Shown here piece after piece: positions 8,026-15,324 of a stretch of 32,000 bases of DNA. Position 1 is the stretch's first letter. The number at the start of each line of letters is the position of its first letter. The DNA is from Candidatus Electrothrix yaqonensis (lineage in GTDB: Bacteria > Desulfobacterota > Desulfobulbia > Desulfobulbales > Desulfobulbaceae), in the NCBI GenBank assembly GCA_047651235.1, contig CP178758.1:3300001-3332000 (forward strand), in the 5' to 3' direction. Both the position numbers and the translations under genes were made by a program. The notes under the pieces are model-generated. The model did not search any database, was not told where the DNA came from, and saw only the letters and a program-made list of their open reading frames with translations.

Positions 8026-10275
8026 TTAGTCTCTTGACGAGTTTTTATCCTTAGCGGTACCTTTTACTTCTAAATCTTTTTTTGCCAGTACCTTTTTGTT
8101 AGCAATTAAGTTTCCATCTATCACTACGTCAGGAGCTTGCAAGACAATTTTGGTGTCGGCTTTAATGGTAATAATTGTCCCTCCCTTCAAGTCAAGAGTA
8201 GTAAATGTCTCTAATTCGTAATTCCCTATTTCTTCTTTTTTCTCCCCTAAATATTTTGAAAGTTTTTCAGAACCTATCTTTATCTCCTTAACTTTAGTAC
8301 GTGTGTGTTTTATCCCGGCAGTTACTTCACTGGTGGCAGCAAGATTTTGGGTTGCTTTCAGTCCGACAAAAAGTTCTTGTGTAGCAGCAAGTTGCTGAGT
8401 CGATTTTGCTGCCACACAAACTTCATGACTAGCTCCAACTTTCATTTCACTTTTGGGCCCGTCAACCTTGCACCACGAATTACCTTTTACTGATTTTTTT
8501 TCTGCACCAATAACCGTCACAGTCCTGTCAGCGTTAACACGAAGTTCCTGATTGCGTACAACCGTGTCCTGATCACCAGTAACCTTTATCCCTTGATTAC
8601 CCCCTACAACTTGCTCATCATCGCCGGTAATCTCCAATTTGCTATCACCGCCAATATTAGTTGTATTATTAGCACCGATTTTTGACACCCAAGTACCATC
8701 GGATCTTAAGAATATATTCCCCTCATTCACATCACCTAAAGATATAATAGAATTGCTCGTCGGCGAAGACATATGAATCTGCTGCCCCCCTTCACCATCC
8801 TCAATCCGAATCTGATTTCCGCCTCCGGTCCGTATCACACTCTGCGTCTGATTACCTGAAGTTACAGGAGTTTTCGTCTCCGGGTTCGGCACGGCCCCCG
8901 CAATAATCGGTCGGTCAGGATCACCGTCGATAAAGGTCAACAGCACCTCGCCTCCCTTATGCTGAGGAAAATGCATGCCGTAATCCGCACCGCTATAAGG
9001 CTGCATCATCCGGCACCAGGCCGAAGCCTTGCCGCTGCCGCGCCCGCTGCGGTCAAAAGGCAGAATAACCTTGTACCGTCCTTGATCATCCAGTTCGGCA
9101 TATTTGCCGCTGGTGGCCGCATCTATCTTCGCATTGATGGTTCCGGATATCTTCGGCTTCACCGCAGTCCGTTCCGGCCTGAATTGGGCATCTGAATAAA
9201 TAGCCGTAAAGGTGTTGGCATAAAACATCTGCTCATCCCTGGGTTGCAGCGCTGCCGTTACCCCGGAAATGAGAAAGCCGGTCTGATGCCCTTCATGATT
9301 GACATCAGTGATCAGGTATTTTCGGTTGTATAGCTTCTGGTAATGCTCCTGGAGGTCAAAGGTAAAGCCGGGCACGATAAACGGCACCGAACTTTTGCCG
9401 AAGAAGAGAGATTTGCGACAGAGCAGCTCTTCTGCCCGAATTCCGGCCAACCGGTTTCCCTCTTCCGGGGTGGGAAAATGTTCGCCGTAGATATAGTTTT
9501 CCCCCCGACCGTCCGGATCAACCTCTGCTGAACCTTCCATGGCCAACGATGGTTTACGGTAATTATAGTCCTTCAGAAAAACCCTCTGCGGCAACAGACT
9601 GTGTTTGCAGAGGAATTCTTTGATAACCTCTTTGGTGTGCAGAGAATCCAGACCGGACTGAGGCGAGTAAATCAGATCCTTGCCAAGGACAAGGTCGGTC
9701 TGGGAAATGTTGGTGTCCGTGAAAACAACTTTTTCCCCCTGTTTGGTCTGCTCAAAGAAATAATAAATCCCTTCCCGTTCCGCCCACCTGGCGACAAAGT
9801 TCAGATGGGATTCACCATACTGGCAGATATACTCAAACGGCTGATAGTCATTCTGCAGCCTGAACTCAAAATCTATTCCGCTGACCAGATCACCGTCTTT
9901 CAGAGCTGCCTCCATAATTTCCGGGGCTGTCTGATCAAGAAAAACCTGATTATGATGGGTCAGGGAAAGCCACTGGAGCTTGGGCGCCAAAACGGCCTTG
10001 AAAAAAAGATACCCGTTGAACTCCTGGGTCTCTTCAAACTGGATCAGAATGCCGTTGAAGATCACGTCCTGTTCATTGTCCCGATGAATGGTGAACACCG
10101 CAGGATTTTGCAGCACCTGCAAAGGGTCAATATTCTTTTTTTCCGAGACCAAGACGATCTCAAACTGGTAGGGTATGGAGACTGCCTCAAAGCCCTTGAA
10201 ACTGACCACGGCAAAGCTGTCTTTATCTGTTGCTTTGGAGGTAAAAGAGAATTTCTTTTTGGTTAACAGGGCCAT
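8026..10275 (-). CDS. vgrG: T6SS spike protein VgrG (TssI), canonical length (749 aa)
   Basis: The gp27-like N-terminus reads FSFTSKATDKDSFAVVSFKGFEAVSIPYQFEIVLVS...LSLTHHNQVFLDQTAPEIMEAALKD. The gp5 OB-fold core reads GTINAKIDAATSGKYAELDDQGRYKVILPFDRSG...ASAWCRMMQPYSGADYGMHFPQHKGGEVLLTFIDGDPDRPIIAGAVPNPE. A beta-helical C-terminus follows. A strong SD is present (AGGAGGAAAACCAAATG). Confidence 0.92.
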   Translation of the reverse strand: MALLTKKKFSFTSKATDKDSFAVVSFKGFEAVSIPYQFEIVLVSEKKNIDPLQVLQNPAVFTIHRDNEQDVIFNGILIQFEETQEFNGYLFFKAVLAPKLQWLSLTHHNQVFLDQTAPEIMEAALKDGDLVSGIDFEFRLQNDYQPFEYICQYGESHLNFVARWAEREGIYYFFEQTKQGEKVVFTDTNISQTDLVLGKDLIYSPQSGLDSLHTKEVIKEFLCKHSLLPQRVFLKDYNYRKPSLAMEGSAEVDPDGRGENYIYGEHFPTPEEGNRLAGIRAEELLCRKSLFFGKSSVPFIVPGFTFDLQEHYQKLYNRKYLITDVNHEGHQTGFLISGVTAALQPRDEQMFYANTFTAIYSDAQFRPERTAVKPKISGTINAKIDAATSGKYAELDDQGRYKVILPFDRSGRGSGKASAWCRMMQPYSGADYGMHFPQHKGGEVLLTFIDGDPDRPIIAGAVPNPETKTPVTSGNQTQSVIRTGGGNQIRIEDGEGGQQIHMSSPTSNSIISLGDVNEGNIFLRSDGTWVSKIGANNTTNIGGDSKLEITGDDEQVVGGNQGIKVTGDQDTVVRNQELRVNADRTVTVIGAEKKSVKGNSWCKVDGPKSEMKVGASHEVCVAAKSTQQLAATQELFVGLKATQNLAATSEVTAGIKHTRTKVKEIKIGSEKLSKYLGEKKEEIGNYELETFTTLDLKGGTIITIKADTKIVLQAPDVVIDGNLIANKKVLAKKDLEVKGTAKDKNSSRD

Positions 10276-10512
10276 TTGGTTTTCCTCCTTTTGGATTCCG
10301 ACAAATTCGCCTTCAGGTCAGTGCGGCGGCACCGGTGGTCATTTTTTCAGAGAGCTTCCCGCCCACCTCTGCAAATGACAACCACTTAATAGACCGAGAT
10401 AGCACATCCTCCTACCTTGTGTCAATATGTAATTATTTTGTACGAGCTGTTGAACAGTCTTCTTCCCCGGCAAATTCGGTCTCCGGTCCATCTTCATAGC
10501 CTTCCTTTGATA

Positions 10513-11280
10513 TCAGACCGAAACCACATGCATTTCTACCTCATCACCCTCGGCAGCAGGCCCGAACAGAAAACCGGACGGTACGCCGTCCACTTTGACA
10601 AAATAGGAGGACTCCCTGTCCAGTCTGTTGGCAACGGCCCAGCCCGTGTATTCGGTCTCGCCGAGACGGAGCTGCATCCCCTGGATGGGATATTCAAGTA
10701 TGCATTTCTGCGGCAGAGTCCCGGCGGGGCCGACACCGTGTGCTACGATATTTCCGCCGGTTACGGCAAACATCGCCCCAGGCCACTCCTGCTCCCCGAC
10801 CGGGCCGACCTCAAACCAGGTACCGAATCCCGGATTGGCATGAACGCCTAAGCGGTACTCGGCTGATAAAGGCTTTGCCGCTGTGTTTGCCCCGGCTGCC
10901 AGTTTGGCCCCGAGCAGGCTGCTCTTCGAGCCGATCAGGGGCACATCGGCAAAAACACCAGGCAGCGCGTCCGGACTGAACTGATTATCGGTATCAACCC
11001 AGAGAATGGAGAGGTCCGGCCGTTCGGCTCGAATGCTCAGGCAGAGCAGGGTGAGGCCGTACCGGGTCTCCGGGAGCAGATCTTCTGCGCCGCCTGCAAT
11101 GACCCAGAGGGCAATGGCCTTATTCCGGAGTGTGTCCCGTACAGCTGTCCAGGCCATATTTTTCAGGTCGTCGGTCCAGAAATGGCCGTCAGCATTCAGG
11201 CCGTACTGCGCGGCGATACCGGTTATTGTGGCAGCAGATACCTGCTCTTTGGCCAAAGCTGTCATCCATATATTTTTCAT
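10513..11280 (-). CDS. Hypothetical protein (255 aa), translationally coupled to vgrG2; no family recognised
   Basis: The ATG lies 9 nt after the vgrG2 stop, and the SD AGGAGAG overlaps that stop. Amino-acid composition is ordinary, with no signal peptide or TM segment. The N-terminal ~125 aa alternate hydrophobic strands and amphipathic helices, suggesting an alpha/beta fold. The C-terminal ~120 aa are Gly/Val-rich and beta-like. Confidence 0.7.
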   Translation of the reverse strand: MKNIWMTALAKEQVSAATITGIAAQYGLNADGHFWTDDLKNMAWTAVRDTLRNKAIALWVIAGGAEDLLPETRYGLTLLCLSIRAERPDLSILWVDTDNQFSPDALPGVFADVPLIGSKSSLLGAKLAAGANTAAKPLSAEYRLGVHANPGFGTWFEVGPVGEQEWPGAMFAVTGGNIVAHGVGPAGTLPQKCILEYPIQGMQLRLGETEYTGWAVANRLDRESSYFVKVDGVPSGFLFGPAAEGDEVEMHVVSV

Positions 11281-11289
11281 TGTTCTCTC

Positions 11290-14061
11290 CTAACCAAGAA
11301 TGATTTTTGAGCCGCTGTCCACCTGCAGATTTCCTTCCTCAGCCCCCTGGATCTGAATCTGTCCGGAGAGCTTGATTTCGCCGTTGCTGATGGTGATCTG
11401 CGCATCACCGGACTGGATGGTTACAGTTCCCTGCTTCAGTTCAACAGCCGCCAGAGCGCCGCCCGAACCTTCTTCGCTGCTGTCCGTTTCCGTGGTCTGC
11501 GTCTCGCCGCCAGAGGTATCTGTGGTTTCCTCACCGCCCCCTCCCCCACCGGAGAGCAGGCGGATATAATTATCAGCCCCTTCGCCGCTGAGCATCTCAA
11601 TGTTGCCCTGGGAAAGCTGGGCAGTGGCCATAATGCTGCCCGCATCTCCCTTTTCGCCGGAGATCAGCCAAATGGAGCGGGGCACGCCATCTTCCCCGGC
11701 CCCGTTGCCGCTCCGCATGACAAGATCGCCCTGCAGCAGCTCCAGCATGGCCTGGGCATCGCTCTCGTCTCCCTTAAAGCCGGAAACCAGTTTGATAAAG
11801 TTCTTGCCGTCTTCAACCGGGGGTTCGTTGCCGGAAGGCTCTATCGCTCCGGCTTCTCCCCCTTCCTCTTCGGCCTCCTCAGGCTCTGCTGCCTCTTCCT
11901 CTGTCTCGTCACCTTCCTCCTCTTCTTCCTCCTGCGGCTTGCTGCCTAGGTTGCCGCTGGTGATGGTGATATTGCCTTGGGCAAGCTCCATCAAGGCCCT
12001 GGTATCGGTTTCCTCATTACTCAGGCCTGAACCGAGCAGAATATGATTTTCCTCTTCTGTCCCGCTTTCCAGCTCGATGTTGATGCCTTCCGCATAGATA
12101 TCTCCGGGTTCGGTCTTGAGATAAATATGCTTGCCTGCGGCCTTGTTGCGGACCAGGGTTTCCCCTTCTTTGGAGTAGACCAGATAGGCGGATTCACCGG
12201 CTTTGCCCTCAGCCCCCATTTCCTTGACTGTCAGGGCGATGAAATAGAGTTCCACCAGAATTTCTACGACCGAGGAAACCGCCGTGACCAGATCCACCTC
12301 GTTCTGAATAACATTCGGATCCGCATCAGTATAGGCCCGATCATAATTTTCCATGATCTTGGGTGCCCGGAGCATAAATTTCTGCAGGACCTTCATGATC
12401 AGGCCGAATTTCCAGCCGGTGATGGAGGTATCCTGAATAGCGGCAAAAGTATAATTGGCCATCAGGCTGCCGATCACCGACATGGCGGTGCCGCCCATGA
12501 ACAGGTTGGAGGACCAGGCCGCCACAGAGGAATCCGACCCCGCGCCGATGCGCAGGCCGGAATGATCATCCCCGGCCTTGAACATAATATGCTGATGTCC
12601 GGGCCGGTCATCACTGTAAAAACTGCTGCCCCCGGCGGTCTGAAATCCGGAGCGGTCCTGGTTGCCTGCCTCGACCACACTGCGGGTCTCCGGATTGGGC
12701 ACGGCACCGGTGATGATCGGCCGGTCCGGATTGCCGTCAACAAAGGTGAGCAGCACCTCGCTGCCCTTGCGCAAAGGAAAATGCATACCGTAGTTCGGCC
12801 CGGTAAACGGCTGCATCATCCGCAGCCAGGCCGAGGCTTTGCCGCCTGCACGAGTGGAAATATCAAAGGGCAGGACAACCTTGTACCGTCCCTGCTCATC
12901 CAGCTCGGCATATTCCCCGGAACCCTGCGCATCAACACGGGCATTGATGGTGCCGGAAAAACTGGGCCTCGGCGTTGTCCGCTTGGGACGGAACTGAACA
13001 TCCGACGGAATGGCTGTAAAACTGTTGCTGTACCAGCTTTCTCCGCTCAGTTCAGGGTCCTGGGAATCCTCGCCCTGGCGGCCATGATGTTCGATATCGA
13101 CACAGAGATAATGCCGGTTGAGATCCTGGCGGAAATGGCTGCTCAATGAAAACAGGAAACCGGGCTGCATCCCCACAGCTGTGCTCTCTCCCTGAAAGAG
13201 CTGTTCCTGCCAGCGCTGCTCTTCCGCCCGGATCGCGGCCAGCCGCTGCCCCTGTTCATGCGACTGAAAATGGTCGCCGTAATGATAGACATTCCCGAAG
13301 CCGTTTTCCGAGATTTGTGCCTCGCCCGACATTTCCAGACTCGGTTTGCGGTAGTTGTAATCGCGCAGCCGGACTGAACCCGGCACCAGAGAATGGACCT
13401 TGTTGAACTTTTGAACAGATTTTGTTTTTGAAATGCCGTCCAGACCGGTATCCGGAACGTAAATAAACTGACCGCCGTTTTTCGGTGCCTCATGGCTGAC
13501 GAGGGTATCGGTGACTACCAGACGGTCACGACCGGAACCATGCTCAAAAAAGGTGTAGATCCCGTTCTGCTCCATGCGGCGGGCCATAAAATTATAATGG
13601 CTTTCCCGATACTGGCAGACATACTCACGCGGTTCATATTCGCTCTGGAGCCGAAAATCAAAATCTGCCGGGGTCAGGTCGCCGTCCCGAAGAACCGTAT
13701 CGATAATCTGGGGAATGGTGCGGTTGAGAAAAACCTGGTTATGCTCAATCAGGGTCAGCCGCCAGCAGAGAGGAACCAGCCGCGCCTGATAGAGAAAGCG
13801 TTTGCCCACAGGATGCTCCAGGGTGCAGCGGGAAAGAATGCCGTGATACTGCAGGTCACCGGCCTCTTTGCCCCGGATGGTCAGGGTGGCGCCATGACGC
13901 AGGAGTTCGGCCAGATCAATATCCGGGCTTTCCGCCAGCAGGGCAATATCAAAGCGGAACAGGGAAGAAAGCGCCTCGACACCGTCAAAGCGGACAACCG
14001 TAAAGGTCTCCGCGTCCAGGGCATCGCTCTGAAAGGTGAAAAGTTGTTTCGGCTTGGCCAT
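11290..14061 (-). CDS. vgrG: Extended ('evolved') VgrG, 923 aa, with an unassigned ~460-aa C-terminal region
   Basis: Residues 1-460 are collinear with VgrG1, e.g. GTINARVDAQGSGEYAELDEQGRYKVVLPFD...ASAWLRMMQPFTGPNYGMHFPLRKGSEVLLTFVDGNPDRPIITGAVPNPE. The remainder consists of a hydrophobic block, a poly-acidic tract, four 31-aa repeats and a beta-strand-like tail. Confidence 0.9.
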   Translation of the reverse strand: MAKPKQLFTFQSDALDAETFTVVRFDGVEALSSLFRFDIALLAESPDIDLAELLRHGATLTIRGKEAGDLQYHGILSRCTLEHPVGKRFLYQARLVPLCWRLTLIEHNQVFLNRTIPQIIDTVLRDGDLTPADFDFRLQSEYEPREYVCQYRESHYNFMARRMEQNGIYTFFEHGSGRDRLVVTDTLVSHEAPKNGGQFIYVPDTGLDGISKTKSVQKFNKVHSLVPGSVRLRDYNYRKPSLEMSGEAQISENGFGNVYHYGDHFQSHEQGQRLAAIRAEEQRWQEQLFQGESTAVGMQPGFLFSLSSHFRQDLNRHYLCVDIEHHGRQGEDSQDPELSGESWYSNSFTAIPSDVQFRPKRTTPRPSFSGTINARVDAQGSGEYAELDEQGRYKVVLPFDISTRAGGKASAWLRMMQPFTGPNYGMHFPLRKGSEVLLTFVDGNPDRPIITGAVPNPETRSVVEAGNQDRSGFQTAGGSSFYSDDRPGHQHIMFKAGDDHSGLRIGAGSDSSVAAWSSNLFMGGTAMSVIGSLMANYTFAAIQDTSITGWKFGLIMKVLQKFMLRAPKIMENYDRAYTDADPNVIQNEVDLVTAVSSVVEILVELYFIALTVKEMGAEGKAGESAYLVYSKEGETLVRNKAAGKHIYLKTEPGDIYAEGINIELESGTEEENHILLGSGLSNEETDTRALMELAQGNITITSGNLGSKPQEEEEEEGDETEEEAAEPEEAEEEGGEAGAIEPSGNEPPVEDGKNFIKLVSGFKGDESDAQAMLELLQGDLVMRSGNGAGEDGVPRSIWLISGEKGDAGSIMATAQLSQGNIEMLSGEGADNYIRLLSGGGGGGEETTDTSGGETQTTETDSSEEGSGGALAAVELKQGTVTIQSGDAQITISNGEIKLSGQIQIQGAEEGNLQVDSGSKIILG
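11407..12045 (-). repeat. Four protein-level repeats inside the VgrG2 C-terminal region
   Basis: The units are listed below; pairwise identity counted by hand is 13-14 of 31 positions.
- nt 11953-12045: HILLGSGLSNEETDTRALMELAQGNITITSG
- nt 11707-11799: FIKLVSGFKGDESDAQAMLELLQGDLVMRSG
- nt 11584-11676: SIWLISGEKGDAGSIMATAQLSQGNIEMLSG
- nt 11407-11568: YIRLLSG-[G/E/T/S-rich loop]-ALAAVELKQGTVTIQSG. Confidence 0.75.
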
Positions 14062-14442
14062 GATTCTTGTATTTTCCTGTTATTAAACAATAAATCTATA
14101 TAACTGTCGCATCCTGTGTGATAAGTATACCCATGAGAAGCCAGCCTTTGTTTTTGGCACGCGAACGGATAATCACTCTCCTATAAGAACATAAACTGTC
14201 CGGTTTATCATCATGAAATATTATACTGCACAAAAGAGCGCAGACCGCTCCGGCTGTCCATCGGAAAATTCAGCGCTCAGATCTGTCTGAATGCAAGTCG
14301 GTGAAAATGATGTCTGATGATTCTTTCGGCAATTATTAGAGCAAGCCCTGCAGCATTGTGCAGACGTATCCCTGGCTTTTTGAGAAGGCTCTGTTTTATT
14401 ACCTACACATACTTTATTCAATATGTTAAGAAGGCAGTATGA

Positions 14443-14618
14443 AAGCCGGGTTCCGGGGTCATCGGCCTGAACGAGGCGGCCGCCCGCAGGGGGCATGTGG
14501 TGACCTGATCATCATTGTCAGTTATGCGCAATATGAGGAAAGCGAGCTGGAGGGCTTTGCGCCCAAAATTATTCTTTGCGATGAGAAAAATGGGATACGG
14601 AAGTTGATTGATAAATAG
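14443..14618 (+). pseudogene. panD: 3' remnant of aspartate 1-decarboxylase (panD) with a frameshift; N-terminal part missing or unrecognisable
   Basis: One frame reads [19 protein letters not shown] (14443-14499). After a 1-nt frame change, [39 protein letters not shown] follows (stop at 14616-14618). Joined, this parallels the PanD C-terminus I recall from B. subtilis ([53 protein letters not shown]). A TGA sits directly upstream of KPGSG (14440-14442). No convincing pro-enzyme Gly-Ser cleavage region is found further upstream. Confidence 0.6.
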
Positions 14619-14629
14619 AGCGGAGATAC

Positions 14630-15295
14630 ATGGAAAATAGAATAAACGAATCATTAGATACATCGTTAACTCGTTCAGTAGCAACTCAGTCACTCGCTGA
14701 TGTTTTGAGTGCCGTCTCTGAAATTACAATAGATACCACCTTGGAGTCCGGTGTCTTACGTGACATACCAGTAATAGGGATGGTAATCGGAGTTCTGAAG
14801 GCTGGTAGCGATATTAAAGCAACTTTATTTTTGCGAAAAGTAGCGATTTTCTTGAAAACCTTATCCGAAATATCAGATGAGAAACGTAAAGAATTCGTTG
14901 ATAACATGAAAACTCCAGAGCAAAAACATAAATTCGGTGAGGCTATCCTTTTACTGCTCGAACGGGCTGAGGATATGACAAAGCCGAAACTAATTGCGAA
15001 AATAATTAATGCTTATATTTTAGAGCATATTGAGGAGGCAACTGCGTTTAGAATTTGCTCAATGATAGATCGTTGCTATGTCCAAGATCTTGAGCTGTTA
15101 AAAAACTTTAGTGATGGTACACAAGGTGACGATACACCTATAGCTGAGACTTTGCTATCAGTTGGATTTTTGTCTAATGGCGGTATTGATGGCGGTTCTT
15201 GGGGCGAAGAGGAGGATGAGGACAGCGGCGGTGTTATTTATAATATGAACGAATATGGAAAAATGTTTGTTAACTATGCGTTGAGTAACGACTAA
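14630..15295 (+). CDS. Hypothetical protein (221 aa), AT-rich orphan gene; family not recognised
   Basis: The ATG follows GGAG and lies 12 nt after the panD remnant stop. The protein is predicted helical with an acidic Gly-rich C-terminus (GGIDGGSWGEEEDEDSGG). The DNA is visibly more AT-rich than the downstream gene: hand counts give 19/60 and 23/60 G+C in lines 15001 and 14641, against 34/60 in line 15421. Confidence 0.75.
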   Translation: MENRINESLDTSLTRSVATQSLADVLSAVSEITIDTTLESGVLRDIPVIGMVIGVLKAGSDIKATLFLRKVAIFLKTLSEISDEKRKEFVDNMKTPEQKHKFGEAILLLLERAEDMTKPKLIAKIINAYILEHIEEATAFRICSMIDRCYVQDLELLKNFSDGTQGDDTPIAETLLSVGFLSNGGIDGGSWGEEEDEDSGGVIYNMNEYGKMFVNYALSND

Positions 15296-15324
15296 CAAGA
15301 TAAAATATACTGTGAGGAACAACC

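Noticed and set aside
10370-10384. Sigma54-like element (minus strand TGGTTGTCATTTGCA) upstream of vgrG1
   Set aside because: The GG and GC dinucleotides are separated by 9 nt, not the strictly conserved 10, and the -24 box is TGGTTG rather than TGGCAC. That is not sufficient for a call.
10450-10464. TTGAACAGTcTTCtt upstream of vgrG1, resembling the TetR operator TTGAACAGTGTTCAA (12/15)
   Set aside because: Only one half-site is intact. A specific 9-mer is expected by chance in 32 kb on two strands with a probability of roughly 0.2, so this is not evidence of a regulatory link.
12043-13149. 368-aa plus-strand ORF (with 13492-14103 and 9601-10266) opposite the vgrG genes
   Set aside because: These are antisense shadows of vgrG2 and vgrG1, whose minus-strand frames show unmistakable VgrG motifs. 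I saw no SD or domain signature in the plus-strand frames.
14155-14160. TGGCAC on the plus strand in the vgrG2/panD intergenic region
   Set aside because: The downstream -12 position reads CGGA, not TTGC. No intact plus-strand gene follows within a sensible distance.
14221-14693. Two 91-aa minus-strand ORFs in the vgrG2 upstream region
   Set aside because: They overlap the plus-strand panD remnant and the start of the 14630 gene. They have no SD and a low-complexity, implausible sequence.
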